Of a DNA stretch of 44,696 bases, positions 17,674 to 27,513 are shown one piece after another. The position numbers and the translations under genes are program-made. Position 1 is the first letter of the stretch. Each line of letters opens with the position of its first letter. Source of the stretch: a virus (taxonomy: Duplodnaviria > Caudoviricetes); IMG/VR virus record IMGVR_UViG_3300023055_000010, positions 1-44,696 of that record; one strand, written 5' to 3'. The notes under the pieces were generated by a model that saw only the letters and a program-made list of their open reading frames with translations, was not told the DNA's origin and ran no database searches.

Positions 17674-18190
17674 CGTTCACCCCCCTGCCCGCCAGAAGCT
17701 CTGGCAGGCGCTGCCGGCCGCGCTGGATCATTGCCGCCTGCGCCCGAGGCGAAGCGGCCTCATACGCCGGCCGGAGGAAAGGCGAGGCAGGTACCCATTT
17801 CGGTGTTGCTAGCTTGCGGCGCTTGTCGGTCACATAGGTTCCGTCGGCCTTCTTGATCACCGGATAGATCTGCCAGTGTCCGAACTCCACCAGGTGGCCG
17901 TGCGGTGCCTTACGCTTGTTCCAGGTGACGGCATACTTGACTTCCTTGTCGCCCGAATACCTTTCGCGGAAAGCCAAATAGATCGTCTCCGCCAAAGGGA
18001 TTCTCGGCCCGAACTCCCCGACCGCCCCCTGACCGCTGCGGGGTGCCCGTACCTTGGCTTCATCTCGCAGAACCTCGCCGCCAGCAACGGCCATGGAGCG
18101 CGCCAGGCTGACCCGTGCAGGACCCAACAGCCGATCCAGGCCCGCAGACCAGCCGGACGTATCAAACGCCGCCTGTAGCCCCTTAGCCAT
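17663..18190 (-). CDS. HK97 gp10-family neck protein
   Basis: HLVEFGH and PASPFLRPAYE motifs. Confidence 0.85.
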   Translation of the reverse strand: MAKGLQAAFDTSGWSAGLDRLLGPARVSLARSMAVAGGEVLRDEAKVRAPRSGQGAVGEFGPRIPLAETIYLAFRERYSGDKEVKYAVTWNKRKAPHGHLVEFGHWQIYPVIKKADGTYVTDKRRKLATPKWVPASPFLRPAYEAASPRAQAAMIQRGRQRLPELLAGRGVNDDT

Positions 18191-18533
18191 CGCTGCCTCC
18201 CTGCTGACAGATTACGAACGCCTTCCTGCGGTCTCTGAAGTCGCGTGTGATCCCCTTGACCTCGAAAACATCGCCATCGTGCAGCACCCGCATTCCCTCA
18301 TTGATGCCCAGGGCCCTGGCCGCCTCGAAACTTACCTCTAGGCTGTAGCGCGCAATGGAGGAGGACACATTGCCCTGGAGGCTTGACCGGATCGCACCCA
18401 AGCCCGTCTCGTTCGCAATGCCCGCCCAAAGGGGGCCGACATCGACCCATTCGTCCAGTGGTTGACCTGCATCATCCACTGAGCCAGAGCGTCGCTGAAC
18501 CAGGATGCGGCGATTTCGCGCGCGGGCGGTCAT
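18183..18533 (-). CDS. Head closure / head-tail adaptor
   Basis: RNRRILVQ…DDAGQP…W…WA…GMRV pattern. Confidence 0.82.
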   Translation of the reverse strand: MTARARNRRILVQRRSGSVDDAGQPLDEWVDVGPLWAGIANETGLGAIRSSLQGNVSSSIARYSLEVSFEAARALGINEGMRVLHDGDVFEVKGITRDFRDRRKAFVICQQGGSDG

Positions 18534-18949
18534 GGCAGCACCCGGGTATAGGGGAAGACCAGGCGCGCAAATCCCGGGTTCTCGTGAAGAACCTTTTCGC
18601 CCGCTGCTTCGGGGTGTTCCAGCATGTCTCCCACCAGCATGACAATCGCGAGCTTCAACGGCTCCGGGACAGGACCGGGTTTGGTCGTGAACAGCACCGG
18701 GTACGCGCCCGGCTCACTGGAGGTTTCACCGGGCCAGATGGGCAAGGGCGATTCCCGGCCGCCGACCGGCGTCCACTCGTACGATGCCTCGGCCAGCGCG
18801 AAACTTGTCCGGCGCTCGACCAGCTCGCGCGCCGCCGTAATGACGCCGGGAATGGCCTCGTCCAGCGCGTCGTGGTCAATGTGCAAAAGCCGCTTCGCCT
18901 GCTCCACGCTCACGGGCTCGGCAGTCGCGGCAGTGATCAGGCGCAGCAT
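18530..18949 (-). CDS. Head-tail connector (HK97 gp6-like)
   Basis: EPVSVEQAKRLLHID…ITAARELVE…VPEPLKLAI pattern. Confidence 0.85.
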   Translation of the reverse strand: MLRLITAATAEPVSVEQAKRLLHIDHDALDEAIPGVITAARELVERRTSFALAEASYEWTPVGGRESPLPIWPGETSSEPGAYPVLFTTKPGPVPEPLKLAIVMLVGDMLEHPEAAGEKVLHENPGFARLVFPYTRVLP

Positions 18950-18951
18950 CG

Positions 18952-19419
18952 TCAGCCTCCCGCCGATTCCACCGCTTTCGGGTGGGGGTCGATGTATCCG
19001 GCCCCCTTCAGAGCCGGAACATGTTCAGTGGCGAACTCGCGTACTTCGCCGCACTTGCCATAGATGCTGTCGTGCAGCACCAGAGCCCTCACCCATTGGC
19101 GAGTGCCCTGTTCGTGCGCCAGTGGCGACAAATCGGCCGCGCCCGGCGTTGTCGCCACTGGCGCCGTCGTGCCCACCTCACCAGCCGCCGTGTCCGCTGC
19201 GCCTGCCTGGTTTGGTTGAGACGCAGGGATTTGGGGTTCGCCACTTGGCGCGGCTGATTGAGTGGCCTGCGGATCGGCCGCGCCCAGCGTTGTCGTCGCC
19301 GGGGCGGTCGTGCCGACTTCACCGGTGGCAGCAGCGGGTGCGCCCGCCTGGTCCGGCAGAGCGGGCGTGACTTGGGGGCCCGCACTCCGCGCGGCCTGGG
19401 CTGTCGTTTTTCGTGCCAT
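18952..19419 (-). CDS. Hypothetical head-module protein with an internal duplication
   Basis: MARKTT start with RBS, between capsid and connector genes. Ala/Thr/Pro-rich repeats. Confidence 0.65.
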   Translation of the reverse strand: MARKTTAQAARSAGPQVTPALPDQAGAPAAATGEVGTTAPATTTLGAADPQATQSAAPSGEPQIPASQPNQAGAADTAAGEVGTTAPVATTPGAADLSPLAHEQGTRQWVRALVLHDSIYGKCGEVREFATEHVPALKGAGYIDPHPKAVESAGG

Positions 19420-19484
19420 GATTTTTCCTTGAATGAGAAGGCCAGCGGGCGAATCCCGCTGGCCTGCGATCACCCGGAGGCGGT

Positions 19485-20720
19485 TTAGGCGGCCGCGCCT
19501 TGCTGGAACGCCTTCACGGCGCCCCCGACGTCGACCAAGTTCCCGCCCGACCGCATCCATGCCAGGAAGCCCACTTGGCCCTTCTTGACGTACGCCGAAT
19601 CATTGAAGCGGAACAGCGTGATAGCCATCACGTCGCGAATCTTGTACAGGCTGAAGTCGCCGAACAGGATGGACTTCGCGCCAGCAGCCGGCACCGCCAA
19701 ATGCTGGTTGATCTGGATCGCACGATTCAGTAGCCGGTCCGGGGCGCCCCCGGGGTTGCCCTGGTCGTATCCCGGCACGAAGATCGGACGCCCTTGTTGG
19801 TCTTTCACCTTGCGAACCAGCTTCAGCATGTCATCGTGGAACATCCACTTGGCGCTGAGCCGATATGCGGGGTCCACGCTGTGCTCCAGGTCGACCAGGT
19901 CGTCGTAGGTGATGATGGGGATCGCCGACACAGCGCCGATCTTTCCCACCGCCGCAGCCGTCGCGGCACCCATCGGCTGACCGACGCCACTGCCGACGGT
20001 ATAGTGGCGATTCGTGACCCGGCCCAGGCGGGTGTTCAGCCGCTTGTTGATGAACCCGGCGATGTCGGAGGAGGAGTCTTGCAGCAGTTCCCAGGGAACC
20101 GTCACCACCTTGGAGCTGTATTTGTAAACCGGCAGGCCCTTGGTGCCGAAGGTCACATCCTCGTCGGATGCGGACTGGTTCTCGGCGACGATCTCCCCTT
20201 CCTCGTTGGTGCCGTCGCTGGTGGGGTACTGCATGGGCTCGCCGCCGGACGTGCGAATGATGTCCGCAACTTGGCGCATGCCGCCAAACTCCTTGAGCGC
20301 GTCCAGAATTTGGGTCGCGAGCGTCGTGGGGACGGTGTAGCCGCCCTGCTCCGGATTGACGTCCGGATTGCCCGACATGGCACCGCGCACCTGGCGCCAA
20401 TCTTCGGCGGACAACGCGCTGTCGCCGCGGCGGGCCCAGCGGTCGAACAGATGCAGTTCCGACGACATACCGGCGCCACGGCCGCTGGCTTCGACTTCAC
20501 GCACGCCCGCGTCGCGCAGATCATTGTCTGCGGTCAGGTCCATCATCTTCTGATGGCGCGCGATGGCAGCATCGATGCGCTCGATTTCCGCTGTGTTTTC
20601 GTCGTACTTCTTCTGATGCTCGGCGTTCCAGTTGGCGCCGGGGTTGTTGTCCAGCAGGGCGCGGGTTTCCTTGGCCAGCGCGTTGCGGCGCTCCCGCTCG
20701 GCTTGAAGATTGAAAGCCAT
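19485..20720 (-). CDS. Major capsid protein, HK97 fold
   Basis: N-terminal coiled delta-like region, GGYTVP, KVKDQQGRPI, ILFGDFS and GQVGF motifs. Confidence 0.95.
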   Translation of the reverse strand: MAFNLQAERERRNALAKETRALLDNNPGANWNAEHQKKYDENTAEIERIDAAIARHQKMMDLTADNDLRDAGVREVEASGRGAGMSSELHLFDRWARRGDSALSAEDWRQVRGAMSGNPDVNPEQGGYTVPTTLATQILDALKEFGGMRQVADIIRTSGGEPMQYPTSDGTNEEGEIVAENQSASDEDVTFGTKGLPVYKYSSKVVTVPWELLQDSSSDIAGFINKRLNTRLGRVTNRHYTVGSGVGQPMGAATAAAVGKIGAVSAIPIITYDDLVDLEHSVDPAYRLSAKWMFHDDMLKLVRKVKDQQGRPIFVPGYDQGNPGGAPDRLLNRAIQINQHLAVPAAGAKSILFGDFSLYKIRDVMAITLFRFNDSAYVKKGQVGFLAWMRSGGNLVDVGGAVKAFQQGAAA

Positions 20721-20788
20721 AATCTAGGTTCCTTCAGTCGAAAAAAAACCGCCCGAAGGCGGTGGGTTGTCCTGCGTGCGGGAGCCGC

Positions 20789-21529
20789 TTAGGCAGGGGT
20801 GGCCTCGATCAGCGAAAACCGCCGCTCAAGATCATTTCGCAAGGCTTTTAGCTGAGCATCATCCACAACGGGAGATTTCGGCTCGGTCAGCGCCTTGGGC
20901 GCATTCTGGTACGCCGCCAGATTCCATGCGTTGGAGGTGGTCGGTTTCTTCGCAGCGGCGTCAACAATGCGATCTACGAAGCCATGCTCCAGCGCCTCGT
21001 CAGCGCTGAACCAGGTTTCCGCGTCCATCCAGCTTTTGACCTGATCCACCGACTGGCCGGAGCGGGCCACGTAGTCGGCCGTGATCGAGCCGTCAACCTT
21101 TTCAAGCAGATCCGCCGTTTCCCGCATGTCGGCCTTATTGCCGATGGCAACCGTCCAGGCGTTATGGATCATGAAGAAAGCCCCCTGCGAGATTTCCACC
21201 TCATCGCAGGCCATGCAGACGTCCGTCGCGGCGGATGCCGCCAAGCCGTCCACGTGAGCGACCACCTTCGCCGAATGCTGGCGGATAGCAGTCATCATCG
21301 CGCGGGCGTCGAACACGTCGCCACCCGGCGAGTTGATACGCAGATGGATCGTGTCAGCCGTGATGGTGGATAGGGCTTTGGCGAACTCGGTGGCGTCGAT
21401 ATCGCCCCACCAGCCCCCAATCACCCCGTGCAGGTAGATCGTCTGCTCGCCGTTGTTCGCCTCAGCACGTAGCGGCTTCGATCCAGAGGCGTTATCACGC
21501 GCTAGCTGAAGCAGTTTCGGAATTTTCAT
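20789..21529 (-). CDS. ClpP-like head maturation protease
   Basis: RINSPGGDVF, DGLAASAA, MIHNAW and ETWFSADEALEHGFVD motifs. Confidence 0.93.
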   Translation of the reverse strand: MKIPKLLQLARDNASGSKPLRAEANNGEQTIYLHGVIGGWWGDIDATEFAKALSTITADTIHLRINSPGGDVFDARAMMTAIRQHSAKVVAHVDGLAASAATDVCMACDEVEISQGAFFMIHNAWTVAIGNKADMRETADLLEKVDGSITADYVARSGQSVDQVKSWMDAETWFSADEALEHGFVDRIVDAAAKKPTTSNAWNLAAYQNAPKALTEPKSPVVDDAQLKALRNDLERRFSLIEATPA

Positions 21530-22838
21530 TCTCGGTTTCCCTGTCTTGATCGTTATCGCCCTCGCGCGCGGGTTGCGCTTGCGCGCCCGCCCGCGTCGGA
21601 CGGTCAAAATCGCCGCCCAAGGGCTGGAGATTCTTCACGCGTCGGACCTCATCCACGCTCATCCAGCCCTGTGTACCTGGGCCGCCCAGCGCCTTGGCGA
21701 AGTACTCCGCTTGGGCTTTGGAATCACCCGCCATGAGCCCATCTGTGTTGTGCTCGGTGAAATAACGCGCGGTGCGGAATAGCTTTCGGTTCAACTCGCC
21801 CTTGATCCGCTTCAAGTGGGGGGCCAACGTGTATTTCACAAAGCCGATACCCATCTGCTCGATGCCGCTTCCCCAGCTGCTGGACTTCGTCATTTCGCCG
21901 ATCATGTGCGGCGGGACGCCGAAAGCTCGCGCAATGTCGATCACCTGCCATTGGCGAGATTCCAGCAATTGCTGGTCGACCGCCGACATGGTCAATTCCT
22001 TGACATCCAACCCTTCGGTCAGAATCAGCGGAATGCGGCGGTTACCCTGAATGCCGCCATACTTCGCAATCCAAGCGGCGCGAAAATCCTCTTGCATGTC
22101 CGGAGACATGGCGGCGGGCGCCTTGATCGCCACCTCGGGCTTGCCGCCTTCGCTGAAGAACTTCCCGGCATGTTCGTCGCCCTGGATGGCGATGCCAATG
22201 CCGTTGCGCGCCCCCCACTGAATCACCGACATCGAACTGATGCCGTTGAAACCGAAGCCCGGAATGTGGATCACGTCGTCCTGATCGACAGTGAAAAATC
22301 CCTTGTCGTCATAGAACGTGTATTGCAGCCGCCGAAGCTCTCGCGCACTATCGCGCTCCTGTTCGCGGATATCCACCCGGGAACGCGGCCAGGGGATCAC
22401 GTTGGTCATCATGCCGGCGCGGTTTCGAACGATGTATGCAATTCCATCGCCCCTCAACAGCATCTGCGTAACCAGAAACTCCCATGCTGCAGAAGCCACC
22501 CAAGTGGGGCAAAACTGCTCATTGAGCGCCCACCAATAGGCGTGGTCCACCTGCTGGCGTGCGCCGCCCACGCGCTCGAAGACGGGAAGCGGTAACTGGG
22601 CGATAGACCCAGCGATCAGCGACACGCAGGCGTAGACCGCCGACACCCGCATAGCGGTTTGTTCATTGACCACCGCACCCGCCGCGGTCCGTGGATCACC
22701 GAAGATCTCAAACATGCGGATATCAGACGATGAGACTGTCTCACCGTCCACCAGGTTGCCAATTGCTGGCTCTTGTCGGCTGGCGGCCTGCGCCGGCTGG
22801 ACGTCCGAGCCGAAGAATCTGGAAAGTAGTCCCATCAC
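21495..22838 (-). CDS. Portal protein, HK97 family
   Basis: SAVYACVSLIA and DQQLLESR…IARAFGVPPHMIG…WGSGIEQ motifs. Confidence 0.95.
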   Translation of the reverse strand: MMGLLSRFFGSDVQPAQAASRQEPAIGNLVDGETVSSSDIRMFEIFGDPRTAAGAVVNEQTAMRVSAVYACVSLIAGSIAQLPLPVFERVGGARQQVDHAYWWALNEQFCPTWVASAAWEFLVTQMLLRGDGIAYIVRNRAGMMTNVIPWPRSRVDIREQERDSARELRRLQYTFYDDKGFFTVDQDDVIHIPGFGFNGISSMSVIQWGARNGIGIAIQGDEHAGKFFSEGGKPEVAIKAPAAMSPDMQEDFRAAWIAKYGGIQGNRRIPLILTEGLDVKELTMSAVDQQLLESRQWQVIDIARAFGVPPHMIGEMTKSSSWGSGIEQMGIGFVKYTLAPHLKRIKGELNRKLFRTARYFTEHNTDGLMAGDSKAQAEYFAKALGGPGTQGWMSVDEVRRVKNLQPLGGDFDRPTRAGAQAQPAREGDNDQDRETENENSETASASA

Positions 22839-24538
22839 ATCACCACGAATCCCTGTTGAATTTTTTTAGGCCCGGCCAATGGGTTGAGCGCCATAAGCTG
22901 CGCCGCATCGAGAAGGGCCATCAGCGGGTCAATCTTTGCCGAGCCGCTGGCTTGCTTCGTGATGAGAATGGAGTTCGCGCGCTGCTCGATTCGGGCATTG
23001 CTGACAGACCACGCCATCATCGGTCGCCCTCCATGAAGGAAGGAACCTTCGGCGAGCTTTCTCTCTACAGTCTTTATCGTCCCGCCAAGGCGCCAGCCCT
23101 GCGATACGCCAACAAGCAGCCCCTCGGGAATCTCGGCGTCTGCGAAGGCCTCCGCAAAGGTGATGCCACTAGGATCGGTGCCCACCCCGTCCTTTTCAGG
23201 GAACAGGCCAGCGTCAAAAACTCGCCGGATGATCTGCGCCAGCTCGGCCACGTCTTCGCCGATCTTTCGCACAATGACCAGATCGCCTTGCTGCTCGAAG
23301 TCTCGTAATCGAGGCGCGATTTCCTTGCGCCGATCCAGCACTGACGGGTGCGCCCATGCGCGCCCCCAGTGCAGCCATCGCCCCGTGCCGTGCTCTCGGC
23401 CAACTAAGCCTAGGCCCAGCAAGTCATCCAGGCCGCCGCCGTCAATACCTCCGGTCACCACCTCAACCCGGCGCAGGAAGTCATCCAGCCGGCGCAATGA
23501 CGCGTCGGCCTGCACCTCCCAATGATCCGCGCCCGCCCATCGGTCTGACCGCAGATTCAGTCCGATTTCGACGTTCAGGTGCTTTGCCAAGAACTGCTGA
23601 AATGCGCCGTCAGTCCTGGCGCGCAGTAGCTTTAGCTGATCCTCCAGCCACTCGGCGCTAACAGACCGGCCGATATTGGGATTGGTGATGTAGAAGTTGG
23701 CCGGGTCTAAGTACGCCTTGGCCTCAAGCATGTCCTCCGGGAACTCATACAGAATCCCCAGGGTTTTCGGATCCTCAACCTTGCCGTCACGAACATCTCG
23801 CCAGTAGGAGAGCTTTTCCTTGAACACGCCTGCCGGCGGATCGTCGCTCTGTGTGGTCAGGTAGATCACCCAGCCTTCATCACGCGATATTTGGCCGCCA
23901 AGCGCCTCCAGGAACATTGCCACAGCGTTAGCTCGCTTGCCGAAAAGCCACAATTCATCGACCAAGATGCGACCGGACTTCTTGCCAGACACCGTGTCGG
24001 TGTCAGCGGCCACCACCTTCAGGCTATTGCGCGTCGTCCGGTGCGTGATGGTGCGCACGTGGTCCTGGACGTGAAACATGTCCGACAGTTCTTCGTCGGC
24101 CCGAATCATTGCAGCCGCCGGCTTGAAACTGTTGTCCGCAACCTCCTTGGTGGGCGCCAGAATCAGGTGCTCTTCTTCCTGGCGCCAACAGATGATGACC
24201 GCCGTCAGCATGATGCCCGCGGCAATGGTCGATTTCGTGTTCTTTTTGCTGATCAGCAGGCCGTATTCGCGGATCCGCTGCCTTCCCGTCGCGGCCTCAT
24301 AGCCGCCGAAGATAGCGCGCACAAAGTCAAACACCCATTCCTCGGAGCATTCCCCGAACGTCTGGTGACGATATCCGCCGGTGTCCTCGTCATACACCTG
24401 CGGAAGGTCAACCACTTTCAATTGCCTGAAGATTCCCAGCGCGTACTCGGCCTGGTCGGGGAAGATCGGCGGCGGAATGATCGACTTGCGCGCCCGCAGA
24501 CGGTCCGGCCAGTCTGGGCACGCGGTTGTCCAGGCCAT
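22835..24538 (-). CDS. Terminase large subunit
   Basis: Walker A-like ISKKNTKST, Walker B ILVDELW, nuclease GIDGGGLDD and KIDPLMA. Confidence 0.95.
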   Translation of the reverse strand: MAWTTACPDWPDRLRARKSIIPPPIFPDQAEYALGIFRQLKVVDLPQVYDEDTGGYRHQTFGECSEEWVFDFVRAIFGGYEAATGRQRIREYGLLISKKNTKSTIAAGIMLTAVIICWRQEEEHLILAPTKEVADNSFKPAAAMIRADEELSDMFHVQDHVRTITHRTTRNSLKVVAADTDTVSGKKSGRILVDELWLFGKRANAVAMFLEALGGQISRDEGWVIYLTTQSDDPPAGVFKEKLSYWRDVRDGKVEDPKTLGILYEFPEDMLEAKAYLDPANFYITNPNIGRSVSAEWLEDQLKLLRARTDGAFQQFLAKHLNVEIGLNLRSDRWAGADHWEVQADASLRRLDDFLRRVEVVTGGIDGGGLDDLLGLGLVGREHGTGRWLHWGRAWAHPSVLDRRKEIAPRLRDFEQQGDLVIVRKIGEDVAELAQIIRRVFDAGLFPEKDGVGTDPSGITFAEAFADAEIPEGLLVGVSQGWRLGGTIKTVERKLAEGSFLHGGRPMMAWSVSNARIEQRANSILITKQASGSAKIDPLMALLDAAQLMALNPLAGPKKIQQGFVVM

Positions 24539-24541
24539 GGC

Positions 24542-25003
24542 TTAGCCCTTCCCGACAACACGCAGGTGCGGCGGTGGTGGCGGCGCACCGAATCTGCCGC
24601 CGGCCACAACATCGCCGGCCGCTTTCTTCTTGGCATCCTTCTTGCCCTGGTCCGCGATCTTTCCATGGACGTACGGAATCCACGCTTTCGCCGCATCTAC
24701 GCGCAACTTCATGTCCTGCCCGGGATCGTTTGCGACCGCCTTCAGGAAATCCAATGGATCCGAATAGATCTTGCCAAAGTCCGGTAGCGAAATCGACTTT
24801 CCCGCGGCTGCGGCCTCTTCCTTCAGTTTGTTAACCTGGTTAACACGGCCCAGGGCTTCCTGGACGTCCTTGTCCTTCATGAGTCGGGACGCTGCAACGG
24901 CCGCCCCTTTTTCGCTGTAACCCGCATGGATAGCGGCTTTCGCACCGGACAGGCCCGACTGCAACGCCTGCACAAAGCGGCGCTTTTTGTCGGTTAATGC
25001 CAT
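24542..25003 (-). CDS. Terminase small subunit
   Basis: LTDKKRRFV…AAIHAGYS…ASRLM HTH, directly upstream of the large subunit. Confidence 0.9.
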   Translation of the reverse strand: MALTDKKRRFVQALQSGLSGAKAAIHAGYSEKGAAVAASRLMKDKDVQEALGRVNQVNKLKEEAAAAGKSISLPDFGKIYSDPLDFLKAVANDPGQDMKLRVDAAKAWIPYVHGKIADQGKKDAKKKAAGDVVAGGRFGAPPPPPHLRVVGKG

Positions 25004-25232
25004 TAACAACCTCGGTTAACAAATCCGGTTAAGGGGAAATTTTCTGTGCGTGAGGGAACAGGTGGTTTCCAGGGTCGAGCCGCCCTAGACTTTCGACCCG
25101 CCCCTCCGTGCCTGCCGCCCGACCACCGGCCGCTGCCCCATCTGCCGATGCCCCAGGGAGCCGCGCAGAGGCCCTACAGGACGCGACGATGGACCGGGTG
25201 CGCCTCGGGCCCGTCCTCGATGCAGAGGCGTC

Positions 25233-25400
25233 CTACGCCTTCCTGTTGGCGTGGACGGACAGGCCGCGCCTGATCCACCGCTCCACCTTGGTCATGTCAG
25301 GCGTCGCGCCCGTCAGCCGTGCCGCGATGACGACGCCGACCAAGTACCAGCGCACCCACCACGCGACGCGAAGGGAAAGCTTGACCGTGACCTGTGCCAT
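25233..25400 (-). CDS. Small hypothetical protein (55 aa)
   Basis: ATG overlaps the HNH stop (TAATG coupling). Hydrophobic, Trp-rich. Confidence 0.5.
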   Translation of the reverse strand: MAQVTVKLSLRVAWWVRWYLVGVVIAARLTGATPDMTKVERWIRRGLSVHANRKA

Positions 25401-25732
25401 TACGTGCGGCTCCTGTATCCCATGTCCTGGCGCGTCTTGGCGTCGTGGCATCCGACCTTGCGGCCGTGCGCATCGCGCGAGACGCACAGCACCTGCGAGT
25501 TCTCGTCGGTATCCGCGCCGCCATCGTTCAGGCTGACCTTGTGGTCCAGCTCGAACCCTTCGGGGTACACGGTCAGCGCGCCGCAGTGGGCGCAGTGCGG
25601 ATCGGCAGACCAGACGCGCAACCGGCGGTCTTGCAGCTTGCGTCCCGTCATGCGCTTGGCACTGGGCGTAGGCGCAGCGGCCAGCCTGGAGCCGGCCATT
25701 GCAAGGCGCGGCTTGAGTGTCGTGAGCTTCAT
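25400..25732 (-). CDS. HNH endonuclease (HK97 gp74-like packaging cofactor)
   Basis: CAHC…ELDHKVSLNDGG…N…LC…CHDAKT, upstream of terS. Confidence 0.88.
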   Translation of the reverse strand: MKLTTLKPRLAMAGSRLAAAPTPSAKRMTGRKLQDRRLRVWSADPHCAHCGALTVYPEGFELDHKVSLNDGGADTDENSQVLCVSRDAHGRKVGCHDAKTRQDMGYRSRT

Positions 25733-25868
25733 GGCGATTCCTCTGGGTGTCTGGCTGCATTAGGTTGATGCTCGAAGCAAGCGTGGTGCTCGTCCAGCCG
25801 CTTGAACTCTCAAAGGAACGTCGCTAATCTCCCGCGACGTTTCGCCAATCCACCCTACGTACGAGAAT

Positions 25869-26192
25869 ATGACCGAGACAAACCACGAAGGCGGGCCAGA
25901 ACGTGCCACTACCACTGCGCAATTTGATCCCAAGGGCCAAAACCCGGTGACGGAGCTGGCAGCACAAGGCGGAGGATGCCTGGGCTTCGTTCTTTGTCTG
26001 ACGATTGTGGGGGCAGTCGTCGGCCTTCCGATGATTCTTGCCGATCTTCGGCGCAAAAAAACCGGGTCTTTCACCGGCAAATGTCCCCACTGCGACTCGA
26101 AGCTGGTCATCTACGGTGACCAGGAGGGAGTCGACTGCAGGACCTGCAAAGGTAGAGTGGTCCGCAAAGACGACGTCTTCCATGCCTTTTAA
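25869..26192 (+). CDS. Moron: membrane protein with a C-terminal zinc ribbon
   Basis: One TM segment, then CPHC…CRTC. Opposite strand to the late operon. Confidence 0.65.
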   Translation: MTETNHEGGPERATTTAQFDPKGQNPVTELAAQGGGCLGFVLCLTIVGAVVGLPMILADLRRKKTGSFTGKCPHCDSKLVIYGDQEGVDCRTCKGRVVRKDDVFHAF

Positions 26193-26394
26193 GAGCCTGG
26201 CGACCCTTGATACCCTAAACGCCGGTGCCGGATTGGAATGATCTTGCCGGGTGTATCCACTGCTAGCCCTTCGGCGATGACCGAATCCCCGCACGCCATG
26301 CCCGGCGCGCGGCGCCTTGATAGCGATACCTGGAGCCATAGTTGTACGCATCTGCTATGGTTACAAGTTCCTACACTTGACGATAGAGGCGCAT

Positions 26395-26652
26395 ATGAGT
26401 GACAAATTCGTGAAAGATATGGATAGCTTTGCAGCGGGCGTTTGCACGGCTTTGGCGTGCCTGAAGATTGCAATACAGAATTCCCCAGGCTTCGATCAGA
26501 CAAGACTGGAGGAAGCAATTAAGGGCGTTCTCAGCGCCCCGTCGTCACAAGTGGATCAAGAGTCCTTTGCTGCACCTTTGAATTTCTTGCTGAACCAACA
26601 TAGCTATAACGCTCCGCAGCCTGAAGACACGCCGCCGCAAGCAAAGCATTAG
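26395..26652 (+). CDS. Moron: hypothetical protein (85 aa)
   Basis: GAGG RBS before ATG 26395, AT-richer segment, opposite strand. Confidence 0.55.
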   Translation: MSDKFVKDMDSFAAGVCTALACLKIAIQNSPGFDQTRLEEAIKGVLSAPSSQVDQESFAAPLNFLLNQHSYNAPQPEDTPPQAKH

Positions 26653-26840
26653 GGTTTCGTCCAAAGCGAGAAAGCGCCATTGGGGTCCAGGACCCATGTT
26701 CGAGATTCAGCCGCAATCGCTTTCGGGTTCTCGCAAGCCACGCGGGGCGAATTGACCACCCGTTGCTCATCGGCGCGCAGAGGCTCAAGCACCGGCTCCA
26801 ATGCCCACAGCAGGAACTGCTTGTACAGTCGTTTCAACAT
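26649..26840 (-). CDS. Small hypothetical protein
   Basis: GAGG RBS before MLKRLYK. Same strand as the late genes. Confidence 0.4.
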   Translation of the reverse strand: MLKRLYKQFLLWALEPVLEPLRADEQRVVNSPRVACENPKAIAAESRTWVLDPNGAFSLWTKP

Positions 26841-26856
26841 CACTGACCTCAAGTTA

Positions 26857-26890
26857 AAAGCCCCGACCGGAGTAACCGTGTCGGGGCTTT
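26857..26890. terminator. Bidirectional terminator-like hairpin
   Basis: AAAGCCCCGAC…GTCGGGGCTTT inverted repeat. Confidence 0.6.
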
Positions 26891-27015
26891 CGTTCGTATG
26901 GAAGGGGCAGCAGGATTTGCCCCCTCTCGCCGCGCGGCTTGGATGCCCACAGCTTGACCGCTAAGGCAAACCTAAGTCGGTCCTATCACCAAGGGCCGTC
27001 ACGAGAGACTAACAA

Positions 27016-27513
27016 CTAACGGGGCAGTTTAAAAATATCCGTCGCGCGCAAAAACTTCTCGAAAATCTCCGCGACCTTGGATTCAAGCTCCCCGTCTTTG
27101 ACCTGAACCGTTAACGGCTGGAACAATTCCGACAAGACCCGGTCCGACCCGGTCCGTTCAGCGCGAACCTGCCACTGTCGAGGAGACAACAGCACAAACT
27201 GCAGATCATATTTGGTTGGGAAGACAGCTAATGTCCGACCTAACTGACCAGATTTCGGATCGGTGATGACAACCGAAACCAGCGCAGTGTCTGTGGTGGC
27301 TATTAACGCGGAAGACACTTTAGTCTCACGGCCGTCCTCGCTAAGCAAGTCTGCCTCCGGCTCAAGAGCGTCGTGTATGGCGTCAGATGCGGCAAGCAAC
27401 TGCGCCCTTTGCTCTGCCTTACGCTTCGTCTCTTCGTCCAGAGACGCCCCATTGCTCGCGGCCTCCAGTTTGGCTTGTTCGTATTCCGACTTCAGACGTG
27501 CGTAAACCGACAT
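27016..27513 (-). CDS. Moron-like hypothetical protein (165 aa)
   Basis: Clean ORF with an N-terminal coiled coil, in an AT-richer segment. Confidence 0.65.
   Translation of the reverse strand: MSVYARLKSEYEQAKLEAASNGASLDEETKRKAEQRAQLLAASDAIHDALEPEADLLSEDGRETKVSSALIATTDTALVSVVITDPKSGQLGRTLAVFPTKYDLQFVLLSPRQWQVRAERTGSDRVLSELFQPLTVQVKDGELESKVAEIFEKFLRATDIFKLPR

Noticed and set aside
9156-24787. Long plus-strand ORFs opposite virion genes (e.g. 9156-10253, 13344-14201, 14664-15947, 19794-20792, 23891-24787)
   Set aside because: Antisense shadows typical of high-GC coding DNA, with no recognisable motifs. The minus-strand genes carry clear family signatures.
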